The notes below the pieces were generated by a model. The model searched no databases and was not told the origin of the DNA. It was given only the letters and a program-made list of their open reading frames with translations. Positions 27,533 through 40,271 of a stretch of 64,000 bases of DNA are shown piece by piece. The position numbers and the translations under genes were made by a program. How positions within the stretch are numbered: position 1 is the stretch's first letter; every line of letters starts with the position of its first letter. Location of the stretch: NCBI RefSeq assembly GCF_041956535.1, contig NW_027192199.1, positions 458,213 to 522,212 on the forward strand, read 5' to 3'. This stretch comes from Calcarisporiella thermophila CBS 279.70. Lineage: Eukaryota; Fungi; Calcarisporiellomycota.

Positions 27533-29490
27533 ATGTTTCGGATAACCACAGAACTTTACGATAAAATCAAATATTTTGCCAAATTTCCTCAGATGGGTGT
27601 CTCATTGCGTCAAATGGTTATGTTTGGTAATGCGCTGCAATCAATTACGCCGGCAGCATGTTGCTCTTAACAATTTTGTCGTTTTTAGGACAAAATCCAT
27701 CTCAGGGAACATTGTTACGTGCAAGCATGTATTTACATGGTGCGTTATGACGGATTTATCCAATAAAATCAACTAAAATTAACCTACTATCTGCGCTGCC
27801 TATAGAAGAGCTCCCAGTCCGGCTTGCCCACCGGGTAAAAGAACTCGATGAATTGCCGCATGGGCTCTCCGAGATGCCTTCCATCAAAAAGGTTAAAAAT
27901 TGGTATGCACAATCTTTTCAGGTCAGTTTACTATATACCTACTGTATTAGCATGTTCAATTGAATTTTATTTCTGAAATCGTGCTCCTCTGCAGGATCTC
28001 ATTGAACTCCCTCCCCCTGAGCTCTCACAATCAGTCAAAGAAGTACTTAAGAGGGGAGCACCGAACGGAGATGGAGAAACAGTGCATTTACCTCCTAGCA
28101 TACCTAACCCTTCTATCAAACAGGGTACATGTAATGGATCTACCTCGAAGTCACTTTCTTATAAAAGAAGGTAAATGCAAGGTTGCTTGAAATATTTTTG
28201 TCGAAATTGCATCAACACATATTGGAATAGATATTACGCTAATGTGGAAGATTTTGACTGGCCACGCGAAGTTCATAACTATAATGATAAACTTACCAAA
28301 GTGATCGAGATCATTAAACGCCGACATGATCCTGTGGTAACTACAATGGTAATCGTTAATCCATACTTGAACACCATCAATCTCTAGTATCTAATCAAAG
28401 GCACATATTATAGGGTATTTGATTTTTCATATTACTGTTTCATTCTTTTTACCAATAATTTACCTTCAGCCCAGGGAATTCTCGAGTATAAAAAACATAA
28501 GGAGAAAGATAATATAGATACCGATATTCAGGCTTTCCTTGACCGCTTCTACATGTCACGTATTGGCATTCGCATGCTCATTGGTACGGGTCTCTATATT
28601 TTCATTCTAATGCTTTATTCATAATTTCAACCTCTCATCAAGGTCAACATGTGGCGCTTAACCGGGGTCCGCAACGCAAAAATTATGTCGGCATCATCTG
28701 CACAAACACAAATGTATCCGAAGTCGCACAAGAGGCGATAGAGAATGCCAAATTTATCTGTGAGGATTACTATGGACTCTTCAAGGCACCAGAAGTACAA
28801 CTCCATTGTCCCAGCGACCTTGAGTTCATGTATGTGCCGAGCCACTTGAGCCACATGCTTTTTGAGTTATTAAAAAATAGCATGCGCGCCATTGTGGAAT
28901 TACACGGAACAGACTGCGACGAGTACCCGGCAATCAAAATTATTGTTGCTGAAGGAAAAGAAGTAAAATGCTTTACAAATACGTAATATTTACGAGAAAA
29001 GTGAAATCATATTTGAATATGTTGTAGGATATTACGGTGAAAATTTCAGATGAAGGAGGAGGTATACCGCGATCTGGCATTCCACTCGTGTGGACCTATA
29101 TGGTAAGTAACGCAATTTTCTAATTGCCTTTATTCCACAATAATTATTTTTTCTTGCAGTATACTACCGCAGAGGCTCAAGATCTTGACCCTAATTTCAA
29201 CAAATCAGATTTCAAGGCTCCGATGGCTGGATTTGGCTACGGCTTACCTATTAGTAGATTGGTAAAGATACCTTTACTTCCTATGAATAGACAACATCTC
29301 TAATAGTTCTCACAACTTAGTATGCACGATATTTTGGTGGTGATCTCAAGCTAATCTCCATGGAAGGGTATAGATACAAATGTTATTTTTATCTCCACAC
29401 ATCCGCTAACAGTATTATGTAAATAGATATGGAACCGATGTATATCTTCATCTCAATCGACTGTCAAACAGCGATGAGCCACTACAATAA
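27533..29490 (+). CDS. Mitochondrial pyruvate dehydrogenase kinase / BCKD-kinase family (BCDHK_Adom3 + HATPase_c)
   Basis: [86 protein letters not shown]. Confidence 0.95.
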
Positions 29491-30450
29491 TAAGTAGGAT
29501 TGTTCATAGACGATACTATATATCTGTTTTGTTTTGTTTTTATTATTATTATTTCTTCTATTTCTTTTGTTATTTTGCCTTTTTTCTATAATCTGTATGA
29601 TAACGATGCCAAACAAAAGATTTAGATCTCCGCCTGGTTAACCTATTCATATGAAAACCTTGAGCAATTATGTAGCTTAATGTTTTTATTCTTCAGCTGA
29701 ACTGTGTATCAATAGATTTGGAATGAACTGCTTCTAGCTCACATTAATTCGGTAAATGTTCTTTGCATAAGCAATTAGTGCTTGTTCAATCTTTATCGAC
29801 TGAGTAATCATTTCAAGCTCCTCATAAAAAATTTATGTCAGATATACTGTACTCAAACACAATAGCATAAGCCAAACTAAGGCATTTCACTTCAGGAAGG
29901 ACAGTGCTATTCTCACACTGTGTCAAAGCCAAAGTCTGCGAAATTGAGGTGTGACCCACTACTGAGTGTGCAATATCCTTTCACCGAATTACTAAACTAC
30001 TGTAGCCTTCTCTTATCAAATGCTTGTAGTACAAAAGAGGTGAAAATCTAACATCTAGCACATTAAATTATTCCAACTCTCGAAAAAATTTCTCAAGTGC
30101 TTTGAAAACTGTCATGAAATATGGTATCGAGAAGAATATCTAAGGTACAAAATGACTGATAGTTGCAGTTTCCTAATACTACAGGCGTAAGCTAATTCCG
30201 CCCAAGCTTTTAGTACTAAGTATTAATAATTCTATGCAATAATCTTCTAAGCTAATCCTTATCTCTATCTTATCTTTAATTTGATTATGGTAATAGTCCA
30301 AGAAAGAAAATTATTGGACTTTATTGGAAAAATATAATTCACTGTGTCGCCGAAATCTTTAAATTTTTCAAGGGATAAGATAGAAATGTATAAGTTTTAG
30401 TATTTAGGTCAAATGAATTACCAAAGAGTTTTGAAAAGCAATATACACAA

Positions 30451-31699
30451 TTAGCCTGGTGGTAGCATAGTGGCATCCACCTCTGTCTCTTCATCACTGT
30501 AAGCATGCTCATCTTGTGGTTCATACCGGTCATGCACTGGAGTACGTGCCATTGCCATCATTCCACTGCGCGCGCATTCAAGAATACCGAAAGGCTTCAC
30601 TAGTTTTATGAAAGCATCCACACGAGAGGATTTGGCACATAGTTCTATTATCACGCAATCGGACGAGACATCGACAATGCGACCGTGGAAAAGGCGTGCG
30701 AGTTCAGTTAGTGCATGGAGATGAGATGAGACCTTTCGAAGGACATCGCTTGGGGCTTGCTCAGCCAATTCCTCGTGCCAAGTGGGATGCTTAAGAGTTA
30801 AAGTGTCAGTGAGCTGTGATCAATGGGTTTGAGTATGTTTATTTACCTCTTCCTTATGTTTTTGCCCGTCGACCTCCTCCTCAGAGAACAGGTGTCCATC
30901 AATCTGCTCTTGCAAGTGCTCAGGTCCAAGGACTGATACCTTGATTAGCAACAGCTCTCTTTCCACAAGCTTGGTTCGGCTGTAGTCCATGACTGCCCAA
31001 ACCGGGACCTACTCAGAGCAAAACAATTTTAGAGTTTTCAGGACTTATTTACAAAAGGAGATACTCACAAGATCTTCTAACTGTTTCCTTGCTTGCTCCA
31101 CTACACCTCCTTGTCCCTTAAGCACAATCGTCATTCTTCCCAAATCTTGTACATCGGTTTTGGATCCCACCATACTATCGATATTGAACCCGCGCCCCGC
31201 CAAAATTCCTGAGACTCGGGCAATCACACCCGATTCGTTATGCACCAAGCAATTTAACACATGTCGTGACTCCGGCTCGGTCGCGGTTGGAGTATTGTAG
31301 AGAATGTTCGTTACAGCTTCTTCAGCAGAAGGAGTTCGGCTCCATGCAGTTAAATGTGGAGCACGTTTTTGGCGTGCACGTCGTCGATTATAGAAAATGG
31401 TTTCGAGGGGTGCTCCCCTGGGTACATCCGATTTAGTTGTGGAGGGATTTTGCGTGTTTGAAGAATTGTCATGAGAACTGGATGAATGCGTAGAGTAAGA
31501 GGCAAGAAGAGGAGTGATAGGTGAGCGTCCGGGATACTGATTCGATATGGGCGCAATATCCTTATATCTGCTCTATTGTGATAGAAAAGAGTAGCAAAAA
31601 AGAAACTTAGGGATTAGCACTCAAATCCCACTAAACAATTGAATAACCTACCAACCCGACCAGCCTCCTTGGGAGGGACGAGCGCAGCGGGAACACCAT
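30451..31699 (-). CDS. ILV6: Acetolactate synthase small (regulatory) subunit
   Basis: AEEAVTNILYNTP, HVLNCLVHNESGVIARVSGILAGRGFNIDS, RMTIVL, VEQARKQLEDLVPVWAV, ERELLLIKVS, PFGILECARSGMMAM, C-terminal LPPG. Confidence 0.95.
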
Positions 31700-32557
31700 A
31701 TTGATGTCTTTTGGGAATTGATTTATCCTTAACAGAAAAGCGAAAACTTAAGAGAATCCTTATATCTCTAAAGTCCGCAGATAATCCAAAGCACGTGCTC
31801 ATTGAATTTTTGGTGTGTCAGTATGATAAAAAAATAATAAACAATTAACAGATCAATCGTCAATTTAGATTCCCTGTGGCTTCCCTGCTCCGAACGAAGC
31901 ACAGTTATCTGGCCGCATTCTGGATAACGTTTTTCCGCATGGTTGATGCGACCTTCTTTTAAGTTTCATTATTTAGAATTGCCCGAGAATATCCCGAGTT
32001 TACGTGTTCTCACATGAATCATCCTTCAAGAGCAAGCATCTAACCTCATCTTTGAGCATTTTCCTGTCGAGCTTCTCTCGTAATCATAATAGCACAATTT
32101 CAAGTTGAATGCAGACAAATGCTTCTTTCCTGGCTTTGATCGAGGATTTATCTAAACTCTATTTAAGCCTATGTTTTGTGTGTTTCGAGGACTCCAGGAA
32201 TGCGCGTATTTAGTAATACAGAAAAACAATGCCTTAGAGTTTATTTATCGTAATACCATTTTTCTAAGAGAATGGCCAGAAAGAGGCCAGTGCTAAGTTT
32301 CAATACAATTGATGGACTGTGATAACGATCTTTCATAAGGAGTATATCTCGGCAGTTTCATATATTTCAATTCTGGTCTCTGGGACATTAAAGCCTTTAT
32401 CGATTAACCCAATGCTTAGGGTTATAAGCATTCATTTATTCTCAATACTATTACAGCTTTATACTATTTGTCTTCGCTTTTATTGCTGACTGGATATAAA
32501 TAGTATATCAGTTTATATCAAGTTGAATCGGCTGGTGGCTTAGCGATCACATTTCCT

Positions 32558-32564
32558 TGACTCA
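32558..32564. promoter_or_regulatory. Gcn4/CpcA-type element TGACTCA between ILV6 and the LEU2 fusion
   Basis: Exact heptamer about 210 bp upstream of the fusion ATG, in the shared promoter of two amino-acid biosynthesis genes. Confidence 0.4.
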
Positions 32565-32771
32565 AAAAGATTTCATTTGCATCTTGTGAGCGAAATTGGC
32601 TTACTGGCTCCTGAGCTCGAATCTGTTAGGTGCTGGGGGCAAATAAAAAAACTGCGTTTCTAACACATTTCCTTTGTCTTCACTTTATCTTCAGTAAAAT
32701 ATTCTTTTTATCCCCACTCAATTCCCGCTTTTTCTTCTTCTTTCATCAAATAATTTTTGTGATTTTTTAAC

Positions 32772-35700
32772 ATGGTTTCATCAACTACCCGCACTGCCAA
32801 TATTGTAGTTTTGCCTGGTGATGGTGTCGGTCCTGAGGTGACTACCGAGGCCATTAAAGTGCTAAAATTGATCGCAGAACGAAGAGGGCAGAACCTCGGG
32901 CTAGACTTTCAGTTCGTTGAGGATAAAATTGGAGGTTGTGCGATTGATGCACATGGTATGTATACCACCTACTTAACAAAAATTTTGCCTTTATCTTACC
33001 TGCTCTTTCTACTCCTATTTAGGCTCCCCACTCTCAGATGTAACCCTTGAAAAATGCAAGCAGGCGGATGCCATCCTCCTAGGTGCTGTCGGTGGCCCAC
33101 AATGGCCGCGTCCTATCGATCCCTCGGATCCTTCTAAAGGTCTAACTCCGCGGCCTGAAGAAGGGCTCCTTAAGCTCCGAAAAGCTCTCGATCTCTACGC
33201 AAATCTTCGTCCAGTTTCTTTCGCAAGTGATGCTCTCCTACGTCTGTCACCCCTCAAGGAAAATGTGGTACAAGGCACAGAATTCGTCTTCGTCAGAGAG
33301 CTGGTAGGAGGAATATACTTTGGACAGCGCAAAGAAGGTGATGCAGATGGAAAAGCTTTTGATACACTCCCATACTCAACCGAGGAGATCCAGAGAGTCA
33401 CTCGACTCGCAGCATACTTGGCTCGAAAGCAAAGTCCTCCTGCAACCATTCATTCAGTAGATAAGGCCAATGTTTTGGCCACTTCAAGACTCTGGCGCAA
33501 AATAGTGACCGAAACCTTGCAGAGAGAATTTCCGGACGTGCCATTTGATCATATTCTCGTGGATGCTGCAGCAATGCACATGATTTCAAATCCTAAGAAG
33601 CTAAACGGCGTAGTGCTTACGGAGAATATGTTTGGAGATATCTTGAGCGACGAGGCGAGCGTCATCCCTGGAAGCTTGGGACTACTTCCGTCAGCTTCAC
33701 TAAGTGGTCTACCCACTGGCCGCGGCCCATGTGTCGGATTGTATGAACCAATCCATGGGTCTGCACCCGATATCGCTGGCAAGGGAATTGCGAATCCTAT
33801 CGGAACCATTCTTTCTGCCGCTCTGCTGCTTCGATATTCTCTTGGTCTCGAAGCAGAGGCAAAGGCTATAGAAGATGCCGTTCGTAAAGTGCTTGATGAT
33901 ACTGACTTTGGAGGGTATGGAATTCGCACAAAAGATTTGGGGGGAGAGGCAACAACGCAAGCGGTTGGTGACAAAATAGTCGAGGTACTGGACGCAATTC
34001 TTGAAGGGATCAATGCTGCTGAGCGAACAGGCACGCTAGTAAAGCGGCCTTTGCTAATGACTCGCCCCCCTGGCCGGCGCCCCATGACCCTATGTGAGAA
34101 AATTATTACGCATTCTGCAATCGGATTGCCGACGCCTGGACACGTCTCACCTGGTGACATGGTATGCGTGAAAGTGGACTGGACGTTGGCATCAGAACTG
34201 ACCTGGAAAGGTATGGAGAAGACTTACGATGAGATGAAACGTCCCGGCGTGTATCGTAATGACCGCTTTTGGCTCGCAATTGATCATACCGTGGATCCCC
34301 GAATCAACGACCAACCCAAGCCAAGAGAGTTGATCGCCGCGTCAGAGAGCTTTGCGAAGGAAGCAAAACTGCTTGATTTCCATCGTCCGAACTACTCGAT
34401 TTTGCACACTGAGTTCTACCGAGAACGAGCTCAGCCTGGTCAGATGATTATTGGAGCTGATTCACACAGCTGCTCGGCAGGTGGACTGGGTAATTTCGCT
34501 GTGGGTTTGGGTGCCGCTGATGTTGTGATGCCTCTTGTTACTGGCGAAACTTGGTTTAAAGTACCAGAAACAGTTGAGGTGAAGTTCGTCAACGCACCAC
34601 CATTTGGAATCGGAGGAAAAGACGTCATCCTTTATGTCCTCGGAGAGCTTAAACGCAACACTGTTGCATTTGAGCGAGCAGTAGAATATACAGGGCCTGG
34701 GCTCCGATACCTAAGCTGTGATGCACGCTTTGCAATTGCAAACATGACGACCGAATTTGGTGGAATTGCCGGAGTAGTCGAACCAGATGAACAGACTGCC
34801 GCGTTCATCGCAAAACGTAAAAACCCTGCTCACAAAAATTCTGCTCTGTATTTCAAAGCCGATCCCGATGCCCAATATGCCGAGTCACACGTAATAGATC
34901 TGTCGAAAGTGGACTCGCTAGTAGCCATTTACCCTTCGCCTGACAACGTTGTTCATGTGGATGAGGTTGCTGGAAAGATGAAGCTCGACGGTGTCTTTAT
35001 TGGCGCGTGTACTACTGCGGAAGAAGATCTAATTCTCGCAGCACTTGTTCTCGAACAGGGATTGAAACGTGGTATGGTGCCTTCCATCCACGGCAAACGC
35101 AAGGTCACCCCTGGCTCCGTTCCAATCATCGCTAAACTCCGTCGTCTCAATCTGCTTCAGATCTACGAGGCGGCTGGTTTCGAGATAGGTGCTCCTGGCT
35201 GCTCTTACTGCATTGCAGTGGCAGCAGACAAAGCTGATGAGGGTGAAGTTTGGCTATCGAGCCAGAACCGTAATTTCAAGAACCGGATGGGTAAGGGGGC
35301 AATTGGCAACCTTGCATCTGCAGCCACCGTTGCAGCGTCATCCTTTGAGATGAACGTGCGTAACCCCCGTGACTTGCTTGATGCCATTGATCGTAAGCGA
35401 TACGAGGAGATGCTCGAGATTTGGCTCGACAAGGCCGAGCCGGTGGTTTACTCTGAACCTAACCCTGTTCTTTCAAATCCGGCTGATTCGTCGCATGGCT
35501 CTGAAGTTGCAAACACAGTGGCTGCTGCCGCAGCCGATGAGGGCAGCAACTATCTTCCTGATGTGGTTTCGGGTAAAGTGCAGCTCTTTGGTGACCACAT
35601 CGACACCGATGCTATCATTCCTGCACCTTTCATGCCCGGGAAGGATGACGAGGACCTAGGGACTCACTGTTTCGAATTTTTCCGCCCAGAATTCCGGGAG

Positions 35701-36228
35701 AAGGTGAAGCAAGGCTTCGATATCGTAGTTGCAGGTGTTGGTAAGTGAAGAAAGATTTATTGATATATCCTTTGGTGTGTTAATGTACTAATTTAAAATT
35801 CTATTTTAGGATTTGGCTCTGGTTCCTCTCGTGAGGAAGCACCTCGTGCTCTCCGTGGTATCGGCTGTAAGGCAGTAATTGCTAGGTCATATGCTTACAT
35901 CTATGGTCGCAATCAGCCAAACATGGCTCTTCTTGGTATCACCGTCACCGATGACGAGTTTTATAAGCTTGCTCAGGAGGGCTCCTCGGTCACGATTAAT
36001 GTGCCGAAGCGCACCGTCTCAGTTGAAGGGCGCGAATTTCCCTTCCACCTCTCTCACATGGAGGAGCAGCTGATCCGTGGCGGCGGTGTAACGGCTATGT
36101 TCAAGAAGTATGGAAACAAGTTGTTCAGAGTTGCAACTGCTGGCGCGGCGGCCTCTGCGGGCGGAGGTGCGGGATGTGCAACCGCATGCGAAACGGGAGC
36201 AGAAGAGCAGAAGACGCTTGGCTGGTAA
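32772..36228 (+). CDS. LEU2: Fusion: 3-isopropylmalate dehydrogenase (Leu2/LeuB) + aconitase-family dehydratase large domain (LeuC2/HacA-like) + small swivel domain (LeuD-like), ~1106 aa
   Basis: Exons 32772-32955, 33023-35740 and 35810-36228 (3321 nt). IPMDH motifs: [56 protein letters not shown]. Aconitase motifs: [36 protein letters not shown]. Swivel motifs: [24 protein letters not shown]. Confidence 0.93.
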
Positions 36229-36453
36229 ACTCGGAACTTGAACTCCCCATTTCCATCAGATTCAACAAAAACAAATAGCCAAAATTTTAATGTGTTCATA
36301 CAAAAGGGTTTGTCCCAATTTTCGATTTTCAATAGTAGTTGGTAAAACTTTTTCATGTTCAAAATAAACTAGCATTTCTATATTTGATATTCAACTCACC
36401 ACCAAACAAGTTGCGAGAATATGGGGGAAAAAGAGTCTCCTTGGGTATCAGCA

Positions 36454-37451
36454 CTAGTGTTGCAGCGAGGGAGGCAACCAAATCCCCAGTTCTTTTCTCA
36501 ATTCCTCTATATTCTGTTCCATTCTTTCTTCGAAATAGACGCACAACAACGGCTTGCAGGCAGAACCGCATTCCACGGCCCAGGGCACATAGTGTTGAAA
36601 CAATCGCGAGAGCTCTTGTTGAGACAGCCGCAGCGGGCCAATAAGCGAGCTCATTAAGGTCATAGGAAGCCCGGTTTGAGTAAGCTCGAACCATTTCAGC
36701 GCTATCTCTCCCTCCACCGTAATGGGCAGTCCGGTAAGAGTGTGAGTGAAATCGTGGGTTTCACGGTAACGACGCATTACATACGCAAGCTCTTCGTTAT
36801 CCACATAGTGAACCTATCTCAGACTAAAGTATTAGCCCACTAGCCAGTGATCAAAATGGGTTCAAAATAGCCACCTTTGTCCTGGTGTCCGGCGATATTC
36901 CTTCCTCATCCATAAATCGCACATATTCTCTGCCGAATGTACCATCAGGAAGTTGCCGTAATCTATCAAGATTAATGGTCTGCGAATTGACAACTGGTCG
37001 CTCCCTCAATACCCGACGACTTGTAGTATCAGAAAGCATTTGGTCTCTTAGACGAGAAAGGAAGATGCCTCCTGCCGTGGTTTCTCCTAATGCAGCCACC
37101 ATGTCTGGAAAGAAAATTGTTCACTATATTGCAATAATGGAATGGAATAATCTTGATGCTGCCAACCTTGACGCGTAGGATCGAACAATGCAGCAAAACC
37201 GGCTTTTACCGCAAGTGCAGCCTTTTCGATTGTGGTTGTAGGGACATGTGTGTCATACAATTTGTCCAATGTTGATTTGGAAGGTGTCCTCATTTCTTCT
37301 TGACTTTGCCACCTCGCACCTAATGAGAATCGCAGCTAGATGATAGATAGTAAATTAAGCGAAGTGAGGCTAGATGAAAATTACCCAGGCTGCTAAACGC
37401 ACGTCGGGAGTGTTCAAACGCACAGCGCCTTTGTAAAATTAATCTTAGCAT
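36454..37451 (-). CDS. COQ4: Ubiquinone biosynthesis protein COQ4
   Basis: DMVAALGETT, RVLRERP, LPDGTFGREY, ISPDTR, YVMRRYRETHDFTHTLTG (HDxxH), EGEIALKWFELTQTGLPM. Confidence 0.96.
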
Positions 37452-37624
37452 AATGCCTAATATGTTTTATCACTTGAGCATCATTCAGAAACTTCCTCAG
37501 CAGCAACATTCGATTTGATTTGATTTGCAAATTTGATAGTCACAAAAAGTTGTTTACTCTCGATAATTTCATTACTCTACATTCCTCCTCTGCTACCTGT
37601 AAAATTCAGGAGTTTATACCGATC

Positions 37625-39890
37625 ATGACGGAACCATTAGGGGAGGGCTTTGCCGAGAAAGTGGATAGAGCAATTCAAGAAGAAATAGAAGAAGATTTGA
37701 ACCAGGAACTATCTGGTATATAGCCGGGCTATTTGCCTCAATTAAACAGGATCTAACTCTGACTATTCCGTTATCAATAGATAATGAGCTTTCTGGATCG
37801 GAGAGACATCCTGCTAATGACAAGCAAAAGAAGAAGAAGAAGAAAAAAGTTCCCATGCCCGAATCGGCCCCCAAGTACATGCGTGGTCAGCCGCAATCAT
37901 TGAAGGTATTTCTATAGCAGTCTATCATTTGATCAATTATTATGACTGATCTGTCGAACCTTGGATGAATCGAATAGGATATCAAAGATAAAAAGCTCAA
38001 AGGCAATTTAAAGCGCCTCGAAAAGCGGTATCGCGATGCGGCCTATAAAGCAGCGAGCTCTGAGCTACTTCTCACTGAAGAAGCTGGTTATCTTGAAGCC
38101 GAAGGAATGGAACGCACTTACAAGTTCACGCAACGGGAACTTGTCGAAAATCTGGACATAAATAGCGCAGGAAAATACTTCAATCTGAAGCTCGATACAT
38201 TTGGTCCCTATTCTTTGGATTATACCCGCAATGGAAGGTAAATTATTCAATCTTTAAATTACAAAAGCGATGTTTTTTTTCTTACAACACAGTGTATAGA
38301 CACTTGGCTATCGCAGGTAGAAAAGGTCACATTGCAACCTTTGATTGGCAGTCTGGGCGGCTGGGCTGCGAATTGCATCTAAAGGAGACAGCAAGGGATA
38401 TTAAGTAAGCATTAGTGCGATGAATATATATTCCGGTATTTTTCAGAGCTAACTGTTCTTTTTACAATTAAAAATATAAACAACTTAAAGATGGCTACAT
38501 AATGAAACATTATTCGCGGTTGCGCAAAAGAAATACACATATATCTACGATCATACCGGGCTTGAAGTCCATTGTCTAAAAAAGCACATTGAAGTGAATC
38601 GCCTCGAGTTTCTCCCCTACCATTTCCTCTTAGTGTCCGTGGTATGTGTGCGGTTACATTTGCTTTCATTGCTCAAATTCTGTTTAATAATTCACTAAAT
38701 TAATTCCTCTTCAGGGTAATGCTGGCTACTTAAAATACCAAGATACATCTACTGGACAATTGGTTGCCGAGCTGCGAACAAAACTCGGCCGCTGCGATGC
38801 AATGACTCAAAATCCGTACAATGCAATCATCAATCTTGGACATGCAAATGGAACAGTGACAATGTGGAGTCCAACCATGTCGGAGCCACTTGTGAAGATG
38901 CTCTGCCACAAGGGACCCGTACTCTCACTGGCAGTGGATAATGGGGGACGGTAAGTACTGATTTAACTATTGTTTCCATAACAATGCAATTAGAGTTGGG
39001 TATTTTTTTTGTCCATACTTTCTTACTAGCTATTTAGCAACCTCGGGCCTGGACGGGCGCCTCAAGATCTGGGACATTCGCACCTATAAACCACTTCAAG
39101 ACTACTATATTCCAACCCCAGCACAGTCACTCTCTATCTCTCAGCGGGGGCTTCTTGGCGTTGGGTGGGGCCCGCATGTCAGCGTATGGAAGGATGCATT
39201 TGTGTCCAAACAACCTGGGCCATACATGACACATCTACAGCCGAGTACACAGATACAGGATCTGCACTTTTGTCCGTACGAGGATGCTCTCGGATTTGGT
39301 CACAGCGGGGGGATTACGAGTATTGTTGTCCCTGGAGCTGGAGAACCTAACTTCGATGCGTTAGAAGCAAATCCATTCCAGAACAAGAAGCAGCGGCAAG
39401 AAGCCGAAGTTCACAGTCTTTTGGACAAGGTATACTCTACTCTGCTAGTGTTCTCGACACCAGCCTAAGTTAACCTGCTTCTTTTACAGATACAACCTGA
39501 GATGATCATGCTGGACCCCAACTTTATTGGCACCCTACATCGCGATCGCCCAGCTAGTCGCCAGAAAGGTGAAGCAGAGGAAGAGAAGCCTAAGGAAAAG
39601 CTTGAGATTCGTTCACGCACGAGAGGGAAAAATTCGTCGTTGCGACGCTACCTCCGAAAGAAACAGAAGAATGTGATTGATGCGAAGAAGGTAAACAGGC
39701 AGCTTCTTCTTGGCTAACTAAAAGCATATGCATTGATTTACTGATATCATTCCTGATTTTTTAGATGATGGTTCAAGAGCGGCTGCAAAAAGAGAAAGAG
39801 GAGCGCCAAAAGCGCGTTCGAGGAGAGATGGAGAAAGATGACAAACCTTTTACAGCGCTTGATCGATTTACAAAAAAGCAGAAAGCTTGA
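37625..39890 (+). CDS. UTP7: SSU processome component Utp7 (WDR46/BING4)
   Basis: [71 protein letters not shown]4[42 protein letters not shown]. Confidence 0.96.
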
Positions 39891-40271
39891 ATTTTTTTCC
39901 GATTATGTCCATTTGACTCTCTTTTTATTGTTTAATTTAAACACATCGGTTAATATTTCAACTGTTATCATCAAAAAGAGAGCTCGCCCAAATTGATGGC
40001 ATCCATTGGTAGAAAAGAACGAATATAGATTCTGATTTCTAAAAGGTAGCTCAACTCGGAAAGGGAATTGATATCAAGATTATATATTTCTGTTAGGGTG
40101 GCTAATAAATATATGTCCATCGTAAATACAGAGGGAGAGTTAAAAGGAAAAGGTGAAATATAACACAGAAGAAGCTCACTATTTGCACACATGCAAACAA
40201 ATATAACCACTCATTTTTGAGGAGGAAATCATTCGAACTATTGCATCAGTGATTTCAAAGGGGTGATTTGC

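Noticed and set aside
33195-35432. Several antisense ORFs (up to 203 aa) inside the LEU2 fusion
   Set aside because: Shadow frames of a GC-richer, codon-biased gene with no independent motifs.
11986-37451. COQ9 and COQ4 in the same window as a CoQ cluster
   Set aside because: They are 23 kb and about ten unrelated genes apart, so chance is likely.
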